Assembly: GCA_900317715.1 (NCBI GenBank)
Contig: ONHS01000015.1
Location: 9,020 to 73,019 of the forward strand
From: an uncultured Bacteroidales bacterium
GTDB taxonomy: Bacteria > Bacteroidota > Bacteroidia > Bacteroidales > WCHB1-69
DNA length: 64,000 nucleotides
Direction of reading: 5' to 3'
The translations under genes and the position numbers were made by a program. The notes beneath the pieces were generated by a model that was given only the letters and a program-made list of their open reading frames with translations, searched no databases and had not been told where the DNA came from. Shown in pieces: positions 9,192-18,728 of this stretch. How positions within the stretch are numbered: position 1 is the first letter of the stretch; the number at the start of each line of letters is the position of its first letter.

Positions 9192-12100
9192 ATGAAAAAG
9201 ATTTTTACTTTATTTGTCGCGTTTTTGGCGTTGACATTCTGTGCGAAAGCGCAGGTAACAATCATTTTGGAAGCCCACGATGTGTGGCAAGATGGTTCTG
9301 GCTACCAACTTCTGTTGGATGCTGACCACAACACTTTCGGCACCGTCATTCCTGCGACCGGTCCTTTGAGTGACGGTGGAGACGTGGCTGCTTCCGTCTA
9401 TGCGGAATTCGAGTACACGGTTCCTGTCGGAGCTGACGGTAGCCTCACCACCCAGAACATTGTTTATGACGGCACTGCCACCATTACCATTCCCGCAGGT
9501 ACCTACGACTTCTGCATCACCAATCCTACCCCTAATGACAGAATGTGGATCGCAGGCGGCGGCATTGACCCCACACGTGCGGACGACTATGTCTTTGAGA
9601 ACGGCAACATTTACCATTTCCAGATGACCAGAGATGGAAATAATGACGCTTGCCAACTTACCATCTCCGTTAACCCCACCAGCCCTACCATTGCTCCTTC
9701 CCCCACAGCTGTGAACTTCGGCAATGTGCTTCTGGGCAGCTCTGCAACCAGCAATGTCACAGTAAACAACTACCTTCTCACCGCCCCTGTAACAGCTACC
9801 ACAACAGCTCCGTTTGAGATTTCCACTGACGGTACCACGTTCGCAACCACAGCCACTATTCCGACAACTGGCGGCACCCTTACTATTCGCTACACCCCGA
9901 CAACAGCAGGCGTTTCCAATGGAACTGTAACTCTCTCCTCCACAGGTGCCACGGATGCCACCATCACACTGACGGGTGCTGGTCTTGACTGCAGCAACAT
10001 CACGATTCCCTTCACCGAAGGTTTTGAGAGCACTATTGATTGCTGGAGCATGGTCAGCGCGGATCCCGCCAATGACGACCGCTTCGGTATTTATGCGGAT
10101 GCGAGCGCTTACGACGGCAGTAACGATTTCCGTTTCAGCAGCTACAGCTCGGCTACTGACTACAACCAATACCTCATTTCTCCCGAACTGACCTTAACCG
10201 GCAATGACGCTTACGTGTTATCTTTCTTCTATAAAGGTTACAATAGTTCGGAAAATTTCAGAGTTCTGTATTCTACAACGAATAACAGCCTCAGCAGCTT
10301 CACCCAACTGGCTGACTTCACTAATGTGGCCACCACTTGGACACAAGTTTCCCTTGAGCTCCCTGCTGGCACTAAATATTTTGCTATCGATTATTATGGC
10401 AACTATCAATTCTACCTCTATGTTGACAACATCAGTGTCGCAAATGCTACACCGTCAATAGCACTCAACTTAGATGCCATCGATTTTGGCACTGAACCTA
10501 TTGGCTCCATCTCTGATGTTGAGGAAGTCAATCTCACCGCTGTCAGCATCACGACTCCTATCACATTAAGTGTGGCTGCTCCTTTCGAAGTTTCCATCGA
10601 CAGCATCAACTTCGCAGCAACTGCAACCATTCCTGCTAGCAACGCAGCTGTTGCCAATAGTACTTTCTACGTCAGATTCGCTCCCACCGCTGTTGGCACT
10701 TTCACTCAAAACCTCACCGTCACTAACGGCACGCTCAGCGAAACAGTCGCTCTGACTGGTAGCGCTGTTGATTGTTCCGGCGGTATTGCTTCTCTGCCCT
10801 ACTCTTTCGGCTTCAACGATGCAATCGCTCCTCCACTTTGCTGGACCGTTGGTTATGATCCTACCTATTTCTTCGCTGCTGGTACGGGTGTTGAAGGCGA
10901 TTATGCAATCGGCATTGGAGCTGTTGACATGCTCATCACCCCTGAAATCCACACCACAAACGCTATGTTGGTGTCATTCCAATACATCAACTACTTCGGC
11001 ACCAGCGCCACTGAGCCTACCTATTTCCACGTAGGTTACTCCACCACCGACAACAACCCCAACAGCTTCACATGGCAAAGCGACAACCTCTGCGCTGTTG
11101 ACGAATTCGCCGATTTCACCACCGTTGTCCCTGCTGGCACAAAATATTTGGCCATCGGCGTTTCTGAGCTTGGCACTGGTTTGTATTATGGTATGTTTGA
11201 AGAAGACGATGTTTTCTATATTGACAACCTTTCATTGACCGAACTCGCACAACCCACAATGATTGTTGCTCCTGAGAGCATGTCTTTCGGCTCTATCATG
11301 TATGGAACACCTTCTAACGAGCTTCCCGCTTCTGTTGTAGGCGCTTTGCTGGCCAACGACATTACTGTCAATGCTCCTGCTAACTTCGAAGTTTCCACCA
11401 ATGGCATCTCTTTCGCTTCTACCGCTACCCTTCCTGATGATGGCGGTCTTTTCTATGTGCGTTACAACCCGACCGCTATCGGTTCTCACAACGGTAACAT
11501 CACGTTAACCAGCGGCAACACCACCAAGACGATTGCTGTCAGCGGTACCGCAGTTGACTGCTCAGGTGCTCGCACCCTGCCCTTCACGGAAGACTTCAAC
11601 AACGACGAAATTCCTGCTTGCTGGTTGGTCAACTCCACGAGCGAGGAGACTTGGATTATCAATACTGACCAAGAAGGTAACGTCGCTGCTTACTGTAATT
11701 ACGCAGGTGAAGGCATTCAGCAAGATGAAGATCTCATCACGCCCACTTTGGATCTCACTGGTTACAATACTGTCACCCTCACTTTCCAATTCATGGCCAG
11801 CAACACATACGTCATGAATGACGACCCCGAAGAGCAATACACGCTCTACATTTACACTAGCACCAACGGTGGCACATCTTACTCAGCTACACCTATTTTC
11901 GACCTGAGAGATGTTGAATTTGAAAACTGGGATTGGACAACCGCTACTGTGGATCTCACTCCTCTGGCAGGTAATTCTAACGTCAAGTTGAACTTCAACT
12001 ATTACGGCATGTATGGTGGTGAATTGTGGATGGATGACGTCAACATCACCGGAACTGTCGGTGTCAACGAGTATGACAACGTGGTGAGAATTTATCCTAA

Positions 12101-12308
12101 CCCCGTCCAAAACATGCTCAACATCAACGCCAACAGCAACATCGACCGTGTTGAGGTTTACAACATGATGGGCCAGATGGTTGGTTCCTACAATGTGAAC
12201 GAATCTAACACCCAAATCAACACCAGCAACTACGCCAATGGTGTTTACACGGTGAAAATTTCCACCGAAAACGGCATGACGACCCAGAAATTCACGGTCG
12301 CTCGCTAA
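9192..12308 (+). CDS. T9SS-sorted surface protein with three Ig-like + cleaved-adhesin/MAM-like modules
   Basis: 1038 aa; signal peptide; N-terminal VTIILEAHDVWQDGSGYQLLLDADHNTFG domain; three repeats ending ...TGxAVDCS followed by ...PFTEGFE...CW domains; C-terminal Por_Secre_tail (IYPNPVQNML...YTVKISTENG). Confidence 0.8.
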   Translation: MKKIFTLFVAFLALTFCAKAQVTIILEAHDVWQDGSGYQLLLDADHNTFGTVIPATGPLSDGGDVAASVYAEFEYTVPVGADGSLTTQNIVYDGTATITIPAGTYDFCITNPTPNDRMWIAGGGIDPTRADDYVFENGNIYHFQMTRDGNNDACQLTISVNPTSPTIAPSPTAVNFGNVLLGSSATSNVTVNNYLLTAPVTATTTAPFEISTDGTTFATTATIPTTGGTLTIRYTPTTAGVSNGTVTLSSTGATDATITLTGAGLDCSNITIPFTEGFESTIDCWSMVSADPANDDRFGIYADASAYDGSNDFRFSSYSSATDYNQYLISPELTLTGNDAYVLSFFYKGYNSSENFRVLYSTTNNSLSSFTQLADFTNVATTWTQVSLELPAGTKYFAIDYYGNYQFYLYVDNISVANATPSIALNLDAIDFGTEPIGSISDVEEVNLTAVSITTPITLSVAAPFEVSIDSINFAATATIPASNAAVANSTFYVRFAPTAVGTFTQNLTVTNGTLSETVALTGSAVDCSGGIASLPYSFGFNDAIAPPLCWTVGYDPTYFFAAGTGVEGDYAIGIGAVDMLITPEIHTTNAMLVSFQYINYFGTSATEPTYFHVGYSTTDNNPNSFTWQSDNLCAVDEFADFTTVVPAGTKYLAIGVSELGTGLYYGMFEEDDVFYIDNLSLTELAQPTMIVAPESMSFGSIMYGTPSNELPASVVGALLANDITVNAPANFEVSTNGISFASTATLPDDGGLFYVRYNPTAIGSHNGNITLTSGNTTKTIAVSGTAVDCSGARTLPFTEDFNNDEIPACWLVNSTSEETWIINTDQEGNVAAYCNYAGEGIQQDEDLITPTLDLTGYNTVTLTFQFMASNTYVMNDDPEEQYTLYIYTSTNGGTSYSATPIFDLRDVEFENWDWTTATVDLTPLAGNSNVKLNFNYYGMYGGELWMDDVNITGTVGVNEYDNVVRIYPNPVQNMLNINANSNIDRVEVYNMMGQMVGSYNVNESNTQINTSNYANGVYTVKISTENGMTTQKFTVAR

Positions 12309-12332
12309 TCATTCGGTATAATATCCCTTTAC

Positions 12333-12366
12333 AAAAATCCCGGGCCTTCGGTCCGGGATTTTTTTG
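12333..12366 (+). terminator. Intrinsic terminator
   Basis: aaaaatCCCGGGCCttcgGTCCGGGattttttt right after adhesin stop. Confidence 0.75.
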
Positions 12367-12370
12367 TATT

Positions 12371-12468
12371 CGTTTATCATCGAACAACATTCATCGAACA
12401 TCATTCATCGAACATCATTCATCGAACATCATTCATCGAACATCATTCATCGAACAATCCCAGGGCTC
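12371..12468. repeat. Heptamer array 3 (alternating CATCGAA/CATCATT, 14-nt unit x5)
   Basis: cgtttat catcgaa caacatt catcgaa catcatt (x4 more) in one register. Confidence 0.9.
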
Positions 12469-12517
12469 GCTTCGCTCACCCTGGGCTGACATAGGTCGGG
12501 CTTTCAGCCCTTTTTGG
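12469..12517. repeat. REP-like unit, left flank of Y1 transposase gene
   Basis: CCCAGGGctcgcttcgctcaCCCTGGGctgacataggtcGGGCTttcAGCCCtttttgg; reverse complement closely matches 13201-13260. Confidence 0.8.
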
Positions 12518-12730
12518 TAGGCGTTTTGGTTTTTTTTTGCGAAATCGAGTGGATTTGGCGTGTGGCGATTGTTTTCTAATATTCGGTAATGTTCCATTGT
12601 TTTCGTTATTATTTACAATAATCGAATTGTTTTCTGCATAATTATTGTGTTTTTTAGCATATTAAAAATCAACTATTTAGCAACATTTTGTAATGATTAT
12701 TATGGTATATTCGCAGCAAAAAAAAACATT

Positions 12731-13237
12731 ATGGCACAGTCATTATCAAAAATTCTCGTACATGCCGTTTGGCACATCAAATACAACAGTCCAGAAATTC
12801 TCAATGAGGACAGAGTTGAACTATACCAATATCTGAATAATCTCTTCGACAAAAAAGGGTGCGCAACTCTTCAGATTAACGGTGTGGGCAACCACGTACA
12901 TGTATTATTTGCACTATCTAAAACCATATCTTTGGCAAAAGTGATGGAATCTATCAAATCAATCAGCAGCAAATGGTTGAAAACCAGAGGAAACCATTAT
13001 ACCGGATTCGCATGGCAACCTGGATACGGTGCCTTCTCCGTGAGCGAATCCGTCTGCCCCAAGACAAAACGATACATTGCACGCCAAGAGGAACATCATC
13101 AACAAATCACCCCTCATGATGAATACATCCAACTCCTCACCAAGAACAATGTTCCTTTCAACGAACAATACCTCTTCGATTCCCCCAACACCAACCTCTT
13201 CCAAAAAGGGCTGAAAGCCCGACCTATATCAACCTAG
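12731..13237 (+). CDS. IS200/IS605-like Y1 transposase, RAYT-type (no tnpB partner)
   Basis: MAQSLSKILVHAVW...; HxH motif NHVHVLF; GYGAFSVS Tyr region; last codons (FQKGLKARPIST) run into the right REP unit; ATG 12731 preferred over upstream alternative start. Confidence 0.75.
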   Translation: MAQSLSKILVHAVWHIKYNSPEILNEDRVELYQYLNNLFDKKGCATLQINGVGNHVHVLFALSKTISLAKVMESIKSISSKWLKTRGNHYTGFAWQPGYGAFSVSESVCPKTKRYIARQEEHHQQITPHDEYIQLLTKNNVPFNEQYLFDSPNTNLFQKGLKARPIST

Positions 13238-13376
13238 GGTGAACGCAGTGAGCCCTAGGGCACAGAAGGAATGCAATGAACTTTGGAATATAGGGACGCA
13301 GTGAGCCCTAGAAAACAGGAGTAACATAACACAACGCAGCGTACTCTGACCTAGGGTGAACGCAATGAGCACCAGG
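13201..13376. repeat. REP-like unit (right flank) plus two degenerate hairpin copies
   Basis: ccaaaaaGGGCTgaaAGCCCgacctatatcaaCCTAGGGtgaacgcagtgagCCCTAGGg; partial copies at 13291-13310 and 13350-13376. Confidence 0.75.
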
Positions 13377-13423
13377 TTAAAAAAAAATGAAAAAAACATT
13401 CACAACATATCAGTAAAAAAATA

Positions 13424-13431
13424 TATCTTTG
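13424..13431 (+). promoter_or_regulatory. -7 box TATCTTTG
   Basis: TAnnTTTG match upstream of glycogen cluster. Confidence 0.4.
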
Positions 13432-13524
13432 CAGAATGAATGTAACCGCTCTTGATCAAAGCGTAAAAAACACAACATAACCGCTTGATTACGAGCCTAT
13501 TAAAAAGTAATAGAAAACGAAAAG

Positions 13525-15468
13525 ATGAGTTATATCGCGTTTGACAAAGACAAATTGGTGAACATCGGCTTCGCGGAGGAGCGGGAGATTTTGCGCTGCA
13601 GCAGAACCGGAGCCTTTGCCACTACCACCCTGTGCGGTCTCAACACCCGCAAATACCACGGACTCTTCATCATGCCGCAAGACAACTTCAATGGGGAGCG
13701 TCACCTGCTGGTCTCCGGCATCAATGAGAATATCGTGGTCAACGACATGGATTTCCATTTGAGCATCCATCAATATAAGAACAGAGTCATTGACCCGAAA
13801 GGCAACAAATATCTCCAGAAATTCTGCGCCGATGGCGTGCCGGTCTATGATTACCGCGTCGGAAAATTCAACTTCCAGAAGTCCTTCCTCTTCCAGCAAG
13901 ACACCGAACGGCTGATCATCAAATACACCTTCTTGGACGACATCGACGAAGTGGCGTTGCAAATCGAGCCGCTGCTGGCTTTCCGCAACATCCACCAGCT
14001 CACACACGCCAACGACAATGTTCGCACGGACTATCAAACGGTTGACAACGGCGTAGGCTTCTGCATGTACGACGGCTATACGCCCGTCTATTTCCAATTC
14101 TCGGAACCTGTGTACTACCAGCACCACCCCGATTGGTACTATAACCTCGAATATGAGGAGGAACTCAAGCGTGGCTACGACGGTCACGAGGATCTGTGGC
14201 GGCCTGGCACGATTACCGTAAAGGTTCAGAACAAAGAACTGTATCTGAGCATCGGCACGGTGCCCGTGAATCCTGCGGAACTCGCAGGCCTCTATGCTCA
14301 CGAGGAGAAGCAGCACACTTTCCGTTCTTCTTTCGCCAACTCCTTGAAGAACGCCGCCGAGCAGTTCATCGTGAAGCGCAACGGTCGCACCGACATCATC
14401 GCCGGTTACCCGTGGTTCGGACGCTGGGGCCGCGACACTTTCATCGCGCTGCCCGGTCTCACCTTGCCTTTCAACAAACTGGACCTTTTCGAGGAAATCA
14501 CCGACAGCATGATCGCCGACATGAAGGAAGGTCTCTTCCCGAACATCGGCACCGGTGAAACCGCTTCGTATAATTCTGTCGATGCGCCCCTTTGGTGCAT
14601 CCGCAGCCTGCAAATTTACTACGAATACATCAACAAGCCCAAAAAGCTGTGGGCAAAATATGGCGAGGTCATCAAGAACATCCTATGCGCTTACCGCGAC
14701 GGCACGATGAACAACATCCGGATGCTCGAAAACGGACTGATCTGGGCTGGCGGCGACGGACTCGCCCTCACCTGGATGGACGCCATCGTGAACGGTCGTC
14801 CCGTGACTCCGCGCACCGGCTGCCAAGTGGAGATCAACGCCCTGTGGTACAATGCCATCAAGTTCGGACTTGAACTTGCACGCGTGAGCCACGACAAGGA
14901 ATTTCTCATCGAATGGGAGCCCATTGCCACCACTTTCCCGGCCGTGTTCAAAGAGACGTTCTGGTCAAAGGAGATGGGCTATCTGGCCGACTATGTGAAT
15001 GGAGACTACAAGAATTTCCAGGTGCGTCCTAACATGTTGATTGCCGCATCCTTACCTCATGCTCCTATCAGCGAGAAAATCCGCCAGCTGGTGCTCAAAC
15101 GCATCGACGAGGAACTGCGCATCGAGAAGGGTATCCGCACCCTGTCGCCCAAAGACCCCGAATACAAAGGGCATTACAAGGGCACACAAGCGGAACGCGA
15201 CGCCGCCTATCACCAAGGCACCGCCTGGCCGTGGCTGCTGTTCCCCTTCACGGACTGCATGTTAAAGGTGCATCCCGAGAGTGCTCCCGATGTACTCACG
15301 GACATCCTGTATCGCTTCGACAGCTGCATGTCCTCCTACGGGATCTCCACCATCGCGGAAATCACCGACGGAGACCCGCCGTACAAACCCAACGGCTGCA
15401 TCTCGCAGGCATGGAGCGTGGCCGCGTTGCTCTACATGAAATGGAAAATTGAACAAGTTAAGAAATAG
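13525..15468 (+). CDS. Glycogen debranching enzyme (amylo-alpha-1,6-glucosidase family)
   Basis: 647 aa; N-terminal GDE_N-like region and (alpha/alpha)6 C-domain with GYPWFGRWGRDTFIAL. Confidence 0.8.
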   Translation: MSYIAFDKDKLVNIGFAEEREILRCSRTGAFATTTLCGLNTRKYHGLFIMPQDNFNGERHLLVSGINENIVVNDMDFHLSIHQYKNRVIDPKGNKYLQKFCADGVPVYDYRVGKFNFQKSFLFQQDTERLIIKYTFLDDIDEVALQIEPLLAFRNIHQLTHANDNVRTDYQTVDNGVGFCMYDGYTPVYFQFSEPVYYQHHPDWYYNLEYEEELKRGYDGHEDLWRPGTITVKVQNKELYLSIGTVPVNPAELAGLYAHEEKQHTFRSSFANSLKNAAEQFIVKRNGRTDIIAGYPWFGRWGRDTFIALPGLTLPFNKLDLFEEITDSMIADMKEGLFPNIGTGETASYNSVDAPLWCIRSLQIYYEYINKPKKLWAKYGEVIKNILCAYRDGTMNNIRMLENGLIWAGGDGLALTWMDAIVNGRPVTPRTGCQVEINALWYNAIKFGLELARVSHDKEFLIEWEPIATTFPAVFKETFWSKEMGYLADYVNGDYKNFQVRPNMLIAASLPHAPISEKIRQLVLKRIDEELRIEKGIRTLSPKDPEYKGHYKGTQAERDAAYHQGTAWPWLLFPFTDCMLKVHPESAPDVLTDILYRFDSCMSSYGISTIAEITDGDPPYKPNGCISQAWSVAALLYMKWKIEQVKK

Positions 15469-15488
15469 ATGATAATCAGATAATTATT

Positions 15489-16778
15489 ATGGCGATAAAA
15501 GTATTAATGTTCGGATGGGAATTTCCCCCACACATCTCGGGAGGACTGGGAACCGCCTGCTATGGCCTTACCAAAGGTTTGGCATTGAACGGTGTGAAGG
15601 TCACCTTCGTGATGCCCAAAGCCTCCGGCGATGAAGACACCTCGTATGTCAAGATCGTCAACGGGAGTGATGTGGAAGTTGACCCACGGACTTCCGAATA
15701 TTTCCTGCGATCCGAACAGACCTCGTACATCCAAGTGAACAGCAAACTCATCCCTTACGTGGGGTTGGACGACTACTATAACGTTGTCAATCAGATAGAA
15801 AGTGGCATATTCGAAACCACCTCTGGGGAGAAACGAAAATACCTTTTCTCTGGCAAATACGGTGCTAATCTGATGCAAGAGGTCAACCAATACGCCCAAA
15901 TCGCAGCTGAAATCGCCAAAAACGAAGATTTCGACCTCATCCACGCGCACGACTGGCTGACCTACCGCGCAGGCATCGCTGCCAAGCGCATCTCCGGCAA
16001 GCCGTTGGTGGTGCACATGCACGCCACGGAATTCGACCGCTCAGGAGAAACCAACTACAACGACATTGTGTATGGCATGGAAAAAGAGGGCATGATGGCC
16101 GCCGATGCCGTTTGTGCGGTCAGCGACCTCACCCGAAACATCGTCATCAACAAATATGGCATTCCCGCCGAAAAGGTCTTCACGCTCCACAACGCCGTGG
16201 AACCCAATGAAAAGAAGGTGGAACGCCGCAAGTTCGTCTCTGAAAAAATCGTAACTTTCTTAGGACGTGTCACTTACCAAAAGGGACCCGACTACTTTGT
16301 GGAGACCGCCAAACGGGTGTTGGAAAAAGACCCGAACGTGCGTTTCGTGTTGGCTGGCGACGGCGACATGATGCCGCACATCATCGAGCGCGTGGCAGAG
16401 TTAGGCATCTCCGACCGTTTCCACTTCACCGGATTCTTGCGTGGCGATGACATCAACAAGATGTTCGGCATGAGCGACGTCTATGTAATGCCTTCTATAT
16501 CAGAGCCTTTTGGTATTTCACCGTTGGAGGCGATGCGGGCGAAAGTACCCGTGGTCATTTCCAAACAGTCGGGTGTTTCCGAAGTGCTCACCCACGCCAT
16601 CAAGGTCGATTTCTGGGACATTGACGCCACCGCCGATGCCATCTATGGTCTGCTCCACTACCCTGCCCTCTCGAAACTCTTCGCAGAAAAGGGTGCTGCC
16701 GAGGTTGACCGCCTCAAATGGGAGCATGTGGCCAAAAAATTAGTCAAAATTTACGAAAAAACGCTCCATTATGAATAA
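15489..16778 (+). CDS. GT-B glycosyltransferase (family 4), putative glycogen synthase
   Basis: 429 aa; FPPHISGGLGTAC N-terminal motif, SEPFGISPLEAM C-terminal motif; sits between GDE and GH57 genes. Confidence 0.7.
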   Translation: MAIKVLMFGWEFPPHISGGLGTACYGLTKGLALNGVKVTFVMPKASGDEDTSYVKIVNGSDVEVDPRTSEYFLRSEQTSYIQVNSKLIPYVGLDDYYNVVNQIESGIFETTSGEKRKYLFSGKYGANLMQEVNQYAQIAAEIAKNEDFDLIHAHDWLTYRAGIAAKRISGKPLVVHMHATEFDRSGETNYNDIVYGMEKEGMMAADAVCAVSDLTRNIVINKYGIPAEKVFTLHNAVEPNEKKVERRKFVSEKIVTFLGRVTYQKGPDYFVETAKRVLEKDPNVRFVLAGDGDMMPHIIERVAELGISDRFHFTGFLRGDDINKMFGMSDVYVMPSISEPFGISPLEAMRAKVPVVISKQSGVSEVLTHAIKVDFWDIDATADAIYGLLHYPALSKLFAEKGAAEVDRLKWEHVAKKLVKIYEKTLHYE

Positions 16779-17958
16779 TATATGTTTCCACTTTCAGATC
16801 AGTCAGCCGTACCGCCTGCGTACGTACCGCTTTTTTGATATCAATCAAAATCACAACTATTTTGATGATTATCAGAACCAATATCTGACAAAGCGTTTGG
16901 CAGAGCGCTGCTATCTGCCCACCAACAAGATGCTGTTGGATCTCATCAAGCGCGTCGGCAACAAATTCCGTTGCAGTTTCAGTATCTCGGGCAGCTCCAT
17001 CATGCTGTTCAAAAACTACTGTCCTGAAGTCATCGACAGCTTCAAGGAACTCATTGCTACGGGATGCGTGGAGATTACAGGCAGCACTCTCACTCACAGT
17101 ATTGCGTCTCTGTATAATGAAAGCGCATTCATGGAGCAAGTTCATTTGCAGGAAAAACTGCTGATGGAGACTTTCGGCGTGAAACCCATCTCTTTCTGCA
17201 ACACTGAGATCATCTACTCCGATGAAATGGGCGAATGGCTCGGCAATGCCGGCTACCGCGTCATCCTTACGGAGGGCGCACGCCACATCCTCGGTTGGAA
17301 GAGCCCCACTTACCTCTACTGCAACCCTTATCAGACGGATGTAAGACTGTTGCTGCGTTCCTACCAACTGTGCGATGACATCACATTGCGCTTCGCCGAC
17401 CAAGGGTGGGATCAGTACCCGCTGACCGCCGGCAAGTACATCCGCTTCCTGGAGAATATTAACACCGAGAGCGAATCGCCGCTCATCAATCTCTACTGGG
17501 ATTACGAAACCATCGGCGAGCATTATACGGCAGAAACAGGCATTTTCGATTTCTTCAGATCCTTGGTCACCGAACTGGAGTATCACGAAAACTACAAGTT
17601 CATCACGCCTAAGGATGTGTTAGACATGGATTTAAGTCCGGCAACGATGCACGCTCCGTGGCCCATTTCCTGCTCTGGCGAAGAGAAGGACACCCACGAA
17701 TGGCTCGGCAATGAACTGCAGCAAGAGGCTTTCAACCAATTATTCAAGTTGGAAGAACTCTATCAGAATTCTAAAAATGCCAATGCAAAACTAAGCTGGC
17801 TGCGTCTCCAAGCTGCCGACCACTTCAACTTCATGAGTTCCAAATGGTTCGGTCACCGCTTTGTGAAACGTAACTTCGAGGTTTATTCTTCACCCTATCA
17901 GGCGTTCATCAACTATATGAACGTGCTGAATGATGTGAAATTGCAGTTGGAAAGTTAG
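16771..17958 (+). CDS. Glycoside hydrolase family 57 (alpha-amylase-like)
   Basis: 395 aa; FHFQISQPYRLRTYRFFDI... GH57 N-terminal pattern; 8-nt overlap with GT4 gene; stop TAG lies in first GTTAGAC unit of array 4. Confidence 0.7.
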   Translation: MNNICFHFQISQPYRLRTYRFFDINQNHNYFDDYQNQYLTKRLAERCYLPTNKMLLDLIKRVGNKFRCSFSISGSSIMLFKNYCPEVIDSFKELIATGCVEITGSTLTHSIASLYNESAFMEQVHLQEKLLMETFGVKPISFCNTEIIYSDEMGEWLGNAGYRVILTEGARHILGWKSPTYLYCNPYQTDVRLLLRSYQLCDDITLRFADQGWDQYPLTAGKYIRFLENINTESESPLINLYWDYETIGEHYTAETGIFDFFRSLVTELEYHENYKFITPKDVLDMDLSPATMHAPWPISCSGEEKDTHEWLGNELQQEAFNQLFKLEELYQNSKNANAKLSWLRLQAADHFNFMSSKWFGHRFVKRNFEVYSSPYQAFINYMNVLNDVKLQLES

Positions 17959-18108
17959 ACGTTAGACGTTAGACGTTAGACGTAAGACGTGTGACGTGTG
18001 ACGTGTGACGTTTGATTTTTAATATTAGATTTTGTAATAATCTTTTGCTCAAGTCTTTACTCATACGTCATAAGTCATACGTCATAAGTCATACGTCATA
18101 AGTCAATC
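17954..18108. repeat. Heptamer array 4 with inverted arms
   Basis: gttagac x4 gtaagac gtgtgac x3 gtttgat ... (AT-rich centre) ... cgtcata agtcata x3; right arm is the complement family of the left arm, same 7-nt register throughout. Confidence 0.9.
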
Positions 18109-18113
18109 ATATT

Positions 18114-18728
18114 ATGCTGCTTGACAAATTACAAACCCATAAGGTCTATCTCGCCTCGCAATCTCCTCGCCGACGTGAACTGCTGGCGGGAATGGGGGTG
18201 GATTTTGAAGTCATCAAGACTGACGTGGAGGAAACCTACGACCCGTCGTGGAGTCCCGAACAGATTGTGATGCATCTCTCAAAGCTCAAACTGTCTCCCA
18301 TTGACATGAGCCTTTACAACCCATCCTCCATTTTCATCACCTGCGATACTATTGTGGTGATAAATGGCGAAATCACTGGTAAACCGAAGGACGAAGAGGA
18401 TGCCAAACGGATGTTACACGCACTGTCGGGCAACACACACACCGTTTATAGCGGCCTCACAGTGGCCACCCCCAAACTACAACTTACCGATTACCGCGCC
18501 ACGGATGTCGTTTTCGAAACATTGTCCGATGAAATGATACAATATTATATAGATCACTACCGTCCCTACGACAAGGCAGGCTCCTACGGCGTGCAGGAAT
18601 GGATTGGCCGCGTAGGCATCCGCGAAGTCCACGGCTCCTTCTACAACGTCATGGGCCTCCCCACGAGGTTGCTGTGGGTGCTTTTGGAGAAGATTTGTGA
18701 GAAGCGTGATTTGAACTTTGAACTTTGA
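18114..18728 (+). CDS. maf: Maf-like nucleoside-triphosphate pyrophosphatase
   Basis: 204 aa; LASQSPRRRELL and GSYGVQE motifs; last residues DLNFEL* encoded by array 5. Confidence 0.85.
   Translation: MLLDKLQTHKVYLASQSPRRRELLAGMGVDFEVIKTDVEETYDPSWSPEQIVMHLSKLKLSPIDMSLYNPSSIFITCDTIVVINGEITGKPKDEEDAKRMLHALSGNTHTVYSGLTVATPKLQLTDYRATDVVFETLSDEMIQYYIDHYRPYDKAGSYGVQEWIGRVGIREVHGSFYNVMGLPTRLLWVLLEKICEKRDLNFEL

Noticed and set aside
13489-14613. Long antisense ORFs (13489-14613, 23344-24588, 52860-53981, 56655-57923, 59512-60558, 36222-36800)
   Set aside because: Each lies entirely opposite a well-supported conserved gene (GDE, iorA, sdaA, mmdA, mmdB, kamA). Their translations are low-complexity, Arg/Gly/His/Val-rich and lack recognisable motifs. 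They are typical shadow ORFs of codon-biased genes.
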